Of a stretch of DNA of 60,129 bases, positions 48,601 to 60,129 are shown piece by piece (position 1 is the first letter of the stretch; the number at the start of each line of letters is the position of its first letter). Position numbers and translations under genes: made by a program. The notes under the pieces were generated by a model, which searched no databases, had not been told where the DNA came from, and worked only from the letters and a program-made list of their open reading frames with translations. The DNA is taken from assembly GCF_001447785.1 (NCBI RefSeq), contig NW_015167075.1:656632-716760 (forward strand). The letters are read 5' to 3'. The DNA comes from Gekko japonicus. Taxonomy: Eukaryota.

Positions 48601-49974
48601 TGCTTCTCTCAGATAGCAGCACATTTATGCCTCATAGATACAGTTTCTACACAGTCTCTATTCTAGGATCTTGAACAGATAAGAACATTCAATTGCCACT
48701 TCCTGAGACATTTCAGCCCTCTGCCACAAATCCCCTCCTCATCCTTAACCTCCCTCATACTCTCAGAAGAATACAGGGGGGGGGAGTAGACAGGACAGGG
48801 GATCCCACCCAGAAATTTTATCCTTTTCATTCTTTTTAGTTTCTGTTTTGAATTCCATTAGGCAACGAGGCAGCAGCATATTGGGATTCTTCTGGCCCGA
48901 GCCTTCTGTCATTAATATAGATATTTCATTTCTGTCTGATCAATGGGTCAAAACTACCAAATTTTGGCCAATGAAATCCTCCTAATTTATACTGTGGCTA
49001 CACAAAAACACAGAAATTTACCATCATTTCTTTATTTAAATTCTTAGTCTATGAATGCTCCTCCCAGTATTTTAACATAAGTCCAGAGGACTGTCTGGGG
49101 GAATCTGAGGAGTCCCCCTGACTTCCCCAGGCCCCTTTTTGCTAGAACACTAATTTCCCATTGCCATTGCCTTACCTTTTGCCTAATGGGACATCCCAGT
49201 TCCACAACCCGGTGTGAGCTTGTCTCTTCCTGGGCAGACCCCTCCTGCCAGGATTGTCACAGACTGACTTGGAATCAACAGTCTCAGGACTCCAGTCGTC
49301 CCCGGTCCTGGCCAATGGAGTTCAACAGACTGTGAAAATTCACGAGGTGCACCTTCTGATGGTCACTCGCTAGATGGGTCGGCGATGGATCAGATAATCC
49401 CGGACAAGCCCCCAGCTGTGGGAAACAAAAAATAATCCACCTTCCCCAGCCCTTTCAGGGAGGAAAACAAAATTCAGTCAGTCTGGAGTATCCTTTAGTT
49501 GGACTTTATTGACAATAAAAGGAATCAAAGAAGACGAATTTCAAATGGCTTAATTTCCCCCTACCCCCCTGGTTGCAAGTTCCCTCCTCCTTTCCCCTCT
49601 TGGCTTACATACACGGAGGTTACAGCCTCCATGACCACCTAGTACATATTTGCTTATTGTCATGTCCCCCCTCCCAAACATGCATTGCATGTATATTACA
49701 ATTAGCTACTGTACTATGCAGGGTGTGTTAGATAATATGTATCAGCTCGTTGCGCGTGCGTACTGTTAGTGAACCCATTCCTTCTCCTCTTATCTTATCT
49801 TTTTACCTTCTACCAGTTACCTGTCTTTCTAGACAGACTGTAACTCTGTAGTTGTCCAGCAACTTACAACTGCTTTAGCTCACTTTTAAAGAATTCACTT
49901 CTCTCAATTCCCCAATAAAATTTCCCAATTCTCCCCACACTCCCATGACCCATTTCCCCTGGATTCCTTTATAT

Positions 49975-51315
49975 TTAATTGGGAACTGCCAAGTTCACTT
50001 CACACTCTGGGACACTGATTCCCTTAATCCTGTATGTTCTTCCTGGCAAGTATTGTTCTTTCTTTACCAAGTTAGGCTTTATTAAGGTGACTTCTGCCCC
50101 CGTATCTCTCCTGCCTATCACTTCTTCATCGTTTGTGTCTACAGACTCCAAATATTCCCTGTTTAAGTCCTCCTGCATTTTCCATACTTGTAAAACTATA
50201 CCTGGTCTCTCTGTTTGGGCTTCTTCTTGTACAGGATCTGGTGGGAGTTTTGTGATTGCTTCTGTCCTTATAACTAAATTGACCCTCTTGGCTGAAATTT
50301 CCTGTTTTCCTTTCTCTAACTTTGGGCAGCGGGCTTTCATGTGTCCCTCTTCCTGGCAAATAACACACTATCCCTCTGTTTCTATATAACTCTGGAGTGT
50401 TCCACCTTGCAGGGTTGGTTTTAGATGACTAGGTTTTCTCTGAGGTGCCACAAACTTTATTTTTCTTGGGGGGTAGGAAAAGAGATTTTCCCAAGTCCCC
50501 TTCTACCTCATCTAATAAAGTGGTGGCTTCATCTACCAGTTTTTAATCTTTTATCCCTCAGAAACCATCTAAGTTGTGTGGGAACTTGTCTGTAAAACTG
50601 ATCTAAGTCTATGAATTGCTTCAGTTCTTCAAATATCTGTACTTTGCTTCCCTCAACCCATCTGGTTAAGGCTCTGTCCAAATAACAACCTAGCTGAGCA
50701 TATGTTTCACCCTACTTCCTTTTAATTTCTCTGAAATCTTTTCTACTTTGTTCAGCAGTCAGCCCAAATCTAACCCTGACCCCCTGTTTAAAAAGCAAAT
50801 ATTCAAGGTCTCCTCATCCCTCATCTCAGAATAAACTTCACCCAGTCCTCCACAAATTTGTGGGTGCAAATAAATCATTCTGTCCTCATCTGGGACCCCA
50901 GAATCTCAATGTTCCTTCAAAATGAAGAGAAGGCCTCCACATTGCCCCCCTTTTGATAATGTGGACATTTCTTTTGTTCCACTGAAGTACTTTCCCTGCC
51001 TCTCTGTGGAAGCTGCAATTCTGCCCTTAACTGGATTTTCTTCATCTTCATATTATACATTTCTTTTTCATGTTCCCTCTTGGTTTCCCTCTCTTGCTGT
51101 GCCATTTTAGTCTTTTCTGCCTCAGTTCTAGCTAATTCAAGCTGTTGTTCTTTATTTGCCTGAATTTTGGCTAATTCTTTTTCTTTTTCCGCCTCTATTT
51201 CTGCCAGTTCAATTTTCATTCTCATAATTTCTACCTTCTGACTAGGATTTTCCTCAGTGGATGTTTCCTGTCCCTCGCTTCCATGTGCCACCCTAGGTCT
51301 GTGTGGTGCTGCCAT
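49975..51315 (-). pseudogene. gag: Gmr1-like gag and protease
   Basis: Coiled coil, 'YQKGGNVEAF', frameshifted zinc knuckle (CY..GH.KARCP) and DTGA protease motif. Confidence 0.75.
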
Positions 51316-51651
51316 TTCTGACAGGAATTCTGTGGTAATTCCTCACAAATTTATAAAACATTTTCTTATAATTGTTTGTATTTATGGTGGGACAAACTAG
51401 TTGGCGGTGGCACAGAGAATTTACAGTAAGATCTGAACAGAACTGCCTTGTCCCCAGCTCACTGTCCACCCAGCAGCTCGAAAGCTTCAGTGAGTAGATA
51501 AAATGGGTACCACTCCTTAGGGAGGGTGGGCACACTTCACCCCTCCGGTGGAGGAGGTGTTAGCCGGCGAAACGGAATGTCCAGCTCGGAAACTCGGAAG
51601 CCTGGAAAAGATGGGCCAATCTGGCCAGGCAGTGGCAGTGCGGCACTGCAA

Positions 51652-51775
51652 NNNNNNNNNNNNNNNNNNNNNNNNNNNNNNNNNNNNNNNNNNNNNNNNN
51701 NNNNNNNNNNNNNNNNNNNNNNNNNNNNNNNNNNNNNNNNNNNNNNNNNNNNNNNNNNNNNNNNNNNNNNNNNNN
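51652..51775. other. Assembly gap (124 N)
   Basis: Run of N. Confidence 1.
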
Positions 51776-51799
51776 TGGGTTTTATTCTTGTGTCACAAT

Positions 51800-51809
51800 G
51801 CTGCCACCA
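51800..51809 (-). promoter_or_regulatory. Partial primer binding site, tRNA-Leu
   Basis: Minus strand TGGTGGCAGC, 2 nt after the LTR end ...ctgtcata; complementary to tRNA-Leu 3' end ...GCUGCCACCA. Confidence 0.65.
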
Positions 51810-52080
51810 AATATGACAGCCCCGTCCACTTCCCTCCTTCAGAGACAAGATTTTCCCTCTGTTTTTCTTTCCCCTTACTGACTGAGCTGCCCTATGAAGA
51901 ACTCTGGCCTGTCACAGTATGATATTTTGGCTCAGTCCAGGAATCTGAGGGAAGCATCAGGATTCCCCCTTAAATTAAACAACTTAAATGGCACTCAAGG
52001 AGTTTTGAAATTCAAAAATAACAAAATATTTTATTTAACATAGAGGGGAAAGGTCAGGTGAAATCAGTGGTTGAAATTTC

Positions 52081-54241
52081 AGACTTCTGGCGGTGTGGCG
52101 CTGCGTCTGGGTGCGTTTCCTCAGAGCTCCCGAGGACGCCCATCTCCCGTGCGCTTCCTCGGAGCCCCCCGAAGTTCGGGGGAGCTCTGCTTGCTTCTCC
52201 TGGGGGGAGAGCAAGTGCAGGAGGCTTGGCCGGGGCCCCCCGTTTCCATGGCAAGGGCGGGGGCGAGTCTGGCTTGCCCCGAAGCTGGAGCGTCGGGTAG
52301 CAGGAAACATGGCTGCCGTGTTTTCCGATAGCAGCAGCCAGCCGCGTTTTTAAACCCACTATGTCTTTGATGCACGGGTGTGTGGGCACATCACAACTGG
52401 TGAGTCAGTTACAGACCCTCCTCCTCCGAATTTGAAGGCAAAATAGACGGACCCCCTGTGAGTATCTCCCGTTGTATAACGAAGCGGCCGTGGAGAGTTT
52501 AAGAGTCCCGAAAGAGACGAAAAGCGACTGGGGGATGTGTATATTACGTCCGTTTAACGATAGACAGTACTAACTTTATTAAAGTGATTTATGGACTGTG
52601 GAATGTTGTGTTGACGACTAAAGGAAACATACTGAGTTGGGAGTAATAGAGAGTGATATGCAAAAATGGTGGCGGCGGCCGAGGAAGCCATCAGGGGCGC
52701 AGCCAGTGATTTACTCCTTGTTGAACTTATGGGAGAACGATTTCAAAAAGAGCTAGCTAATATAGCGAGACAAGCCTGTGAAAAGGCGGTGAAACAAGCT
52801 TGTAAGGCAGCTTGCGAGGACTTTTTTAAAAACCCTCCAGGTATAAAAACAGAAGAAAAGGGAAGTAGAGAACAAAAGTTAGAAGAGACATGGGCGGCTG
52901 AAGCTCAGGAACAAGGAATTGAGACCCACAATATCTTACATGTGGCCAAAGAAGAAGAATTACAAGAGGTTAACACCCAGGTGTGTGTATTGGAGAACCA
53001 ACAGGAGCCCCAAAAAGAAAAAAGGAAAAGAAGCCTGTTGGAGCTAACTGTTAGGAAAAAGACAATAACAATAAAAGGAAGGAAATCAAGGAAAAGACTG
53101 ATGAGGCTTAACAGCTTTAAACGCCTGAAGGTGACTGTAAAAGGGTCTGAACAAGAACTATGGAAACTTAGGATTCTAGAAAAAGACATACAAGAATTTA
53201 AAAATTTAAGACATCTGGAAGAAAACAGGAGAAATCTAGATAAGAAGCAAATTGAATTCAATGTGATTGTTATGGCTATAATGATGGATATGTATCAGAT
53301 ATAAGCACTGTTACTTATGCCTAAACAGGAATTATGGATGTAATTTGTTAGATCTTAACACTTCCCCCTTTTTTCCGTCTCCAAATCTTTTTGATATGAT
53401 TTAGTTTGACATGGAATTTGCTGGGATGTTAGAAGTATGGAACTTAGTTGTGTTATCAGAATATTGAAGCAAATTTTAAGTCCAATTTCAGTGATGAATC
53501 CCAAAGGTAATAAACAGAAAAGATGGTTGTGAGATGTAAGGTCAACGAAATTTAGAATATGGTGGGTCATCAGAAGCATGATATTTTGTTTGATTTATGA
53601 AAATATGAAAGTGAGATCTAAGATTTGCCTGGAAGGTATGTTATTATGAATTGCCAAGGCAGATACTAAAGGCACTATATAAAATTAACTTGTAGTCTAA
53701 GCTAAGTTGAGCTGAGTCTGATTTGAGAAGTGAGAGAGATAATTGCAAGGATGACAAATTGAGAGGTAGTATGGCTATCGACAGGAGATGTGGTATGACA
53801 TGGTGTGATAAGGTTTGCTATCCTTGCATCGGTTTGTAAGACTTAAACTGACTAACGCAGAATACATGAATCAATCCTCTCAGTAAACCCAAGACTGACA
53901 AGTCTGAGTTAAGGGTACTGATAACTTAGACCCTACTGATGTTTTAGACTCAAGTAATGAGCCAAAGCCGCTTATCTAGAAATGTTAGATAAACAGAGGA
54001 ACAATAAACTAAAAAAAATAATAATCAAAGGTATTAGTTTAAATAATTTTTTGAGTTCAATGGGGGAGCATGATTTTTGATTCTTGATATATAGTTTATA
54101 CATGGTATATTTACTTGATATTCTGATGATGTCCCAATCAGAGTTGAAAGGTTTTTGCTGTTTGTCTATGTTTCATGTTTGTCTGTTTTCTTTTATTGTA
54201 AAACTCAATAAAAATTTATTAAAAAAGAAAAAGAAAAAAAA
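52081..54241 (+). mobile_element. Full-length non-autonomous L1-like element with a single ORF (HAL1-like)
   Basis: 21-bp TSD gaaatcagtggttgaaatttc (52060-52080 and 54242-54262), CpG-rich 5' UTR starting agacttctgg, AATAAA at 54207-54212, A-rich tail 54221-54241. Confidence 0.85.
52666..53304 (+). CDS. 212-aa helical, E/K-rich protein, putative L1 ORF1-derived
   Basis: ATG in strong context (aaaATGG), A-rich sense strand, position equivalent to ORF1; no RT or endonuclease motifs. Confidence 0.55.
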   Translation: MVAAAEEAIRGAASDLLLVELMGERFQKELANIARQACEKAVKQACKAACEDFFKNPPGIKTEEKGSREQKLEETWAAEAQEQGIETHNILHVAKEEELQEVNTQVCVLENQQEPQKEKRKRSLLELTVRKKTITIKGRKSRKRLMRLNSFKRLKVTVKGSEQELWKLRILEKDIQEFKNLRHLEENRRNLDKKQIEFNVIVMAIMMDMYQI

Positions 54242-55059
54242 GAAATCAGTGGTTGAAATTTCTGAGGTAAAATCAGTACACACACAGACTTCAGTTCTAA
54301 TATTTCAGGCTAATGATAGTTTCTTAAGCTATTCACAGTTACTTAAAAAAATTATTTTGCAAGGCTTTTGTTTCAGTGTTTTCCAAACACTAGTATCCAA
54401 ATTCCTTTTCTTGAAACACCAGTACTCATCTTGAGTTTTTAACTGACTCTTAAGGTTTCTAAAGACAGTTTCTAACCACATTTCCCACTCTCTCTCTATC
54501 CCCTTTCCTTGGCCGGAATGGGAGTCTCCATCTACCCACCCACTCGTCGTCGTCAACTTTCTCCAGTTCTCCTGTCTGTGTTAAAACTGCTCTCAGTCAG
54601 GGCTGAATTCCAAAATTGTCAGTACTCAACTCTGCCTTGCTAGGGCTGAAATCAGACTGTCAGTACTCAGCTCAGTCAAGGCAGACATTTGACTGATTAT
54701 CTCCTCAGCATGCAGCTTTCAAGACTTTCTCTGCTCAGCCAATGCTAACCAATCAGATTGCTTGGAGCAGCCTGTCACTCAAGGCCCTCTTTTTCTGTGA
54801 AGAATTAACCCTTCACAGTCCTTTAGTCATGTGTACAGCATTTCTAAGCTTCTTAAAAGCACAGTCCATCACAGTAAGGCCTTCAGTTCTCTCTCACACA
54901 CAGGCAGAAGTTTCTAGTAGGGAATCCAAACATAGTATCAAACTTGGTTGCCAAACAACCTTGCCCAAACTAATTTTCTTCTAGGCCTCTAAAAATACAT
55001 TAACTATTTCCAGTCATGAACCACTGCTATTGCACAGCTACTGAGAGCAACACCATTAA

Positions 55060-55379
55060 TGTCCAGGACTCCTGCATTTCCTGGCAGGGGGCAGGGACTC
55101 TGTGCCATTGCTATGGGGAGGGAAGGAGTCAAGGAGATGGAGCAAAGTGGTCCACAGACCTAAGCAAATCTTGATACACGACAATGAAATAGGAAGTTTT
55201 ATTCAAAATGCATACTAGGAAGTAGTGCTGCTGGCAAACGTTAAACTTCTCTCCACTGGGGGACTATAGGGCAAAATAGGCTCAGCCTCCCGACAAAAAA
55301 AGAGGACATTTTCATATTTTTTTTAAAAGGAGCCCAAAAGAAGATGGACATCCTAAAAAGAGGACATCTGGTTACCCTA
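55060..55379. mobile_element. hAT (Charlie-like) MITE fragment
   Basis: Repeated aaaagaggaca and end ggacatctggttacccta. Confidence 0.5.
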
Positions 55380-58300
55380 GTTATTGAAGCCTTGTGATGC
55401 ACATGTCTTGAGACAGACCAGATACATTACAGAGAGCACAAGCCCATCCAGAGCTTCTGCAAACCTCATATGAATGGCAACATATTTGCTGTATACTTTG
55501 TTTTACTTTAGAATTGCAAAATCAACTTTCCAGCTAAATAATAAATTTTGGAATGTCCATGCAATTAAGCTACTCAGTAAAACAACCTCTTCCCCACACA
55601 CAAACAATCCCTCGTTCCCTAGGGATTCTACAAGGTAAACTGTTTGTTGGGCTCCTGGGCTGGAGAGATTAATCATGATTATATAGCATGAAACTGAGCC
55701 ATTTTCACCCTCTTGAGAGACCCAAACTGCCTCATTAAGCATTTTGTGCTCCTTTGCTCTCCTCTCTTTTCAGTTTTTACATCTAGTGGGGTCACTGACT
55801 ACATCATAGCAGGAATTCCACTGAAGACCATGTTCAGACTCTCCTTTTGTCCCTTAAGCTATGCCAGGCTTTCCGTTAAACTGTCTAGCTGATGTAGCTG
55901 GTAGCCATTAGCTAATCAGAAATGTACTTCAGAATCAGGTAATGGTTCAGTGCAGGACTAAGGGTACATCTGGACTGGCAGTTTTTCATGCATTTTGCTC
56001 AGAAAATCATGCAAAGTACAGGCCACACTGTGCTCTGACACTGTATGCAATCCATTTCCTGCTTTCTTTGAACAATTTTTTGTACCTCATTAGAAAGGCA
56101 CAAGCTTTTTGTGTGATTGATTTATATCAAAGTCTCGCCACTTTCCCACTTCCTATTCACCTAGACACCTTATTAATTTTGCCTGCTAATTTCTTTCAGC
56201 CAAAGCCGAACCTAGCTATTTCATAACCCCAGAATTCCTTTTACATCTTGTCCCCTCTGTATATTCTATAGCATCCTCAGCTAGGAATATTGAGACAAAC
56301 TGAAGGTGGAAAAACTAGTTTGATTTTTTTTCTAGCCAACCTTGTGCTGGAGCTGAACTTATGTCCTTCATGCATCTTTGTTCCCTGTCTTTGTCATGGA
56401 CTTCGTTGTTGTAATATTGAGGTGCCCGAGTTGTCCCCACCCCCGAAATACACACAATGCAGGTAGGGGGTTGAGGATTGAAAACAAGACAGAAAGGCAG
56501 AGAGAGTTCTCATGTCAGTGGCTTTCCCAGAACATAAAAATTAAAAATGAAACAAATACATTTTTTATGAAGCACTTTTCAAAATTCAAGCTTCTTAAAT
56601 CTTACAGCCTGTTTATTACACTGTGGGCTGCGCTTGCTTTCCAGCCAGGAATAAGAGACTGGCTGATGCTGAAAAATCTACTGCTAATTAATACTTTCTC
56701 CTTTGGGACAGTTTGTTACTGTTAAGGTAGGGGGGTTGGGTATTTTTTTATAAATCTTCCCTCACAACTTGTGCATAAGGCTTTGTTTCTGTCATAAACT
56801 ATATGGCAGTTTATGTCTTGACAGATCAGTTTTTATGCCATAATTTTGCTCATATACAGTGGAAGGGATACAAAAAGGAAAGGATAATAAATTAGACATG
56901 TACAGTGTTAGTATCATGCATATGATGGCCACTAATGTGATGCTCATTTTGATGCTTGGAATGGTTTTATTGTTAAACAATTGATGACAAAAACTAGTTC
57001 TTTTCCCTGTGACCCTGTGGGTTTCATCTCCTAGCTGATAGTATAGCCTTGTGATTCAAGGTAAAGACAGCACTTCCAATAAAAGCCACATGTACAAAAA
57101 AGAGCTGTTGTCAGAATTTCAGAGAGAACAGAGTAAACCATCCAATAGCAAAATGCCATTACATCTCTGACTTTTAGAAAGCTGGTTAGTTATTAAAAAA
57201 TCAGTGTGATTTATTTATGATGTTGAGTTAAAATATAAATAATTGACTGAAATTTCGTGTTCACAGAATTCAGTTTATACAGATGTAAGTCTATACAAAG
57301 CAAAGTAGTAAGAGTATGCATAAAACAGAGCGAGTGCATGTAAGTCAATCTGGTCCATGAAAGTCTTTCGGAATGCCAAGAGATTGTGCAATTATATTAA
57401 CCTCCTTTATGTATCTCAGTAGCAGAATGGTTTATACACTTAAGCTAGGGAGCGGCCAGAAAAGCATTAAATTGTCCATGAAGAGCCATGTCTTTAATAA
57501 TTGTTTTGGTGGAGAAGAACATGGGAGGATGCTAGATAGAATGGTTACCATGACCGGGTGTTATATGTGTGAGGCTGTCACCCAGGCATTCCCCCCCAAA
57601 AAAAATTTGTATTTTTTAGAACAATGTGAACTCACCCATGCATTCCTGACCTGTGGCATGTCCTATCTTTTAAGACTGCTGTATGCACTCATGTTTTTGG
57701 AGGTGATATTGAGAAACTGGAGGAGGCAATTTGAACTTAACAGGGTGGTTTTTATTGACTAGAGGTGATAAGTAAACAAATAGAGAAGAAATGTGGTAGC
57801 CTAAGGGTTTATCTCCTGCTCTGCAGAAGATATACCAAACTGTTGGGGGGTGGGGTTAAAACATTATTAAACCTGGTTCCTACTAAAAGGCTGTGTCTAG
57901 TCTCCATTCCAAATATTCTTTATAAATTAAGTCCAGCTTACAACATACGGCAAATATAGAAGTTGTCCTCTTTTTTTCCTCTGTCAGCAAAGGCATTGAT
58001 GGGGGGAGAAGCAAATTCTCTTGCACAGTCACCATGTTGCCCTGCAAGGCACTTAATGTGCTCTTATGGACTATATAAGCCATGAGTGAGAAAATGGAAT
58101 GTGTAAACCTTTGCTTAAAGGGACTGTACTGCATGGTGACCAAATATGATGCCAGTTGAAAGTACACACATAAGAGAAGAAAGTTTTCCTTTGTGCTGCT
58201 GTTCCAGTTGGTTCTCCAAGGTTACCTGCCCTCTTACCTGCTGTGAGATGGACCAGTTCCCTAGCTGCATGGAGGAGTCAAACGCTATGCCATGGCACAA

Positions 58301-58397
58301 GGACAAAGAGCTCCAAACGCCATGAGGAGCTCCCTCTGTCACACGCAGGCAACACCCCCCACATCTACCTGCAAGACTGCATGTAACTGAGAGGATC

Positions 58398-60129
58398 TTT
58401 GTCGTGGTCTCTGTGCTTCACACCAATGGGATCTAGTGCACACGCGCTGGATCGATTGGTGCTGTAGCAACCTCTTTTAACGGATTTTCATGCCCAGCCC
58501 CCTGTGCATGCGCAGGAACCCCACCACGCATGCCCAGAGGGGGTGGGCATGGAAATCCTGCCAGTTCCTTTCTTACCGCTGCGTTGGAAAGACCTTCTTT
58601 CCTTCTTGGTCTGATTGGATCGCTGTTAGCTTCGATTTCAGCTTCGCTCCACAGCTCTTAGGAGTTATTTCCTACTTGTTTTTTGCTTTCAGTTTGTTTT
58701 CAGTTGTTTGTTTGTTTGTTTTAAAAAATTAGCTTCTTCTGAGGGGAAATTACCTCAAGCTGTAGCAACCTCTTTTAACGGATTTTCATGCCCAGCCCCC
58801 TGTGCATGCGCAGGAACCCCACCACGCATGCCCAGAGGGGGTGGGCATGGAAATCCTGCCAGTTCCTTTCTTACCGCTGCGTTGGAAAGACCTTCTTTCC
58901 TTCTTGGTCTGATTGGATCGCTGTTAGCTTCGATTTCAGCTTCGCTCCACAGCTCTTAGGAGTTATTTCCTACTTGTTTTTTGCTTTCAGTTTGTTTTCA
59001 GTTGTTTGTTTGTTTGTTTTAAAAAATTAGCTTCTTCTGAGGGGAAATTACCTCAGGCCTTCGGGCCACACACCCCCCAACCGTTTTTCCGCCACTTCTC
59101 TTCTTATGGAGAAGAATTGGGGATTTTTTAATAGATGCAGACATTGCTTGTAGCAAACTTGCTCCTCTAGATCACCACACCCTCTGCATTTGTTTGTCTT
59201 GGAGAGTCTCAGAAGCCAGAGTCTTGTCATCACTGTGCTCACTTCTCCAACCAGACGAGGAAAAACTGCGCTGTACGCCTTAAAGTAGCGCTGCTTGAAT
59301 CGGCTCTTGTTCCTGTCTCAGCTATGGAGAAGAGACCGTCTACGTCGACAGCTCCGGCCTCGAGACCTGCCTCTGATGTCGACCACCTGATACCAAAGCC
59401 CTCGATATCGAAGACACGATCGTCCGCCTCTACACCAATCAAGAAGACGGCTAAGGCAAGTACGGAGCATAAGTCCGCGAAGAAGGGCACCTCCAAGTCC
59501 CTTAAGGCGGCGAAGAAGGGGAAGGAAGCGGTGCCTGCACTGGGTGATGCCCCTTTGTAGTTAAAATAGATGTCTTTTACTTAAATGTATATCGGAGGCC
59601 CAAGTCCCTCCACCGATACCGACCATCCACATATTGGACTCCCCTGTCCAGCAAATGGAGCCTCCTTACTCCGACATCGACACAGCGGAGCTCCTCAGTC
59701 ACCAAATGGGTGCAGAGCTTTCCCCCGGTCCTTCGACTTCGTCAGCATTGACAGTATCAGAAGCCCCCAACATCGATCCACGTCGGCACCGATACGCCGT
59801 ATCTGACACGCAGCGTCACCCACCACGTCTGCACACTCAGTCTGTCAATATCAAAACCCGTGACTACAGGGACGACTCCCACAGACACACCACTACCTTG
59901 TCTCCAAGACATCCACGGACCAGAAGTCGGTCCCCAAGTCTTCATGCCCCCCCCTCCTTCAATGGCTTGGGATGAAAGACAGTTGCGTTACCTGTATGGG
60001 GCTTATCCTCCATCCATGGCCTGGTTGACTCCTGCGGGCTTTTCTGAGTGGAATCGCTATTTGTCTCGCTCTGCTCATAAGTCTAGGTCTCCTCACAAGT
60101 CAAGGCCTTCAGCATCTCTATCACGTCCT
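58398..60129 (+). mobile_element. DIRS1-like tyrosine-recombinase retrotransposon, 5' part (runs off the window)
   Basis: Start tttgtcgtggtctctgtgcttcacaccaatggg; frameshifted gag zinc finger from 59106 (FFNRCRHC..DHHTLC..CLGESQKPESCHHC) followed by an S/P/R-rich linker. Confidence 0.75.
58461..59055 (+). repeat. Exact 297-bp tandem duplication (period 298)
   Basis: 58461-58757 equals 58759-59055; ORFs 58490-58732 and 58788-59030 translate identically. Confidence 0.95.

Larger units (their letters stand above)
47715..55018 (-). mobile_element. Gmr1-like Gypsy element (5' LTR, PBS, gag, PR, IN), decayed, RT absent
   Basis: Coiled-coil gag ORF 50917-51315; PR RRDTGAEVTL; IN 'LAHDTPMSVHLG..CEVCQ', 'FPEAIPLR', 'MDLGTSF', 'NGLNERFN', 'LLFGYREVPQ'; no RT motifs seen between PR and IN. 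Confidence 0.8.
51812..55018 (-). repeat. 5' LTR (about 1.0 kb) interrupted by the L1-like element
   Basis: Termini tatgacag / cagtcatg; tttatt poly(A) signal at about 52030; ccaat boxes at about 54740-54755. Right boundary inferred. Confidence 0.6.

Noticed and set aside
51430-51650. Sauria-SINE-like motif (cagcagctcgaaagc...agtagataaaatgggtacc) next to the gap
   Set aside because: Only partial similarity, no head or tail, and adjacent to an N gap; cannot be classified.

Overview
This is vertebrate, not prokaryotic, genomic DNA. The repeat content points to a squamate, probably a gecko: Sauria/Squam SINEs, BovB, CR1, L2 and many TAGGGTTGCCA-type hAT MITEs. There are two sized N gaps. The window is an intronic or intergenic region dense in transposable elements, and no host protein-coding gene could be identified with confidence. 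Main contents: (1) a full-length but decayed Mag-like Ty3/Gypsy provirus (2011-6690) with both LTRs, tRNA-Ser PBS, PPT and TSD, inserted in a hAT MITE; (2) many hAT and Harbinger MITEs, several with perfect TSDs; (3) an L2 fragment and a young 5'-truncated CR1; (4) a nested cluster at 42.3-55 kb made of a sushi/chromovirus-like Gypsy with a scrambled gag, a Gmr1-like element (SCAN-like gag, PR then IN), and a 2.16-kb ORF1-only L1-like element with a 21-bp TSD inside the Gmr1 LTR; (5) the 5' part of a DIRS1-like element with an exact 297-bp tandem duplication. The most interesting observations are the HAL1-like element, CpG-decayed minimal hammerhead motifs, Oct/KLF-motif-carrying MITEs and several microhomology or template-switch scars. 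Family assignments are from motif recognition only; no database search was run.
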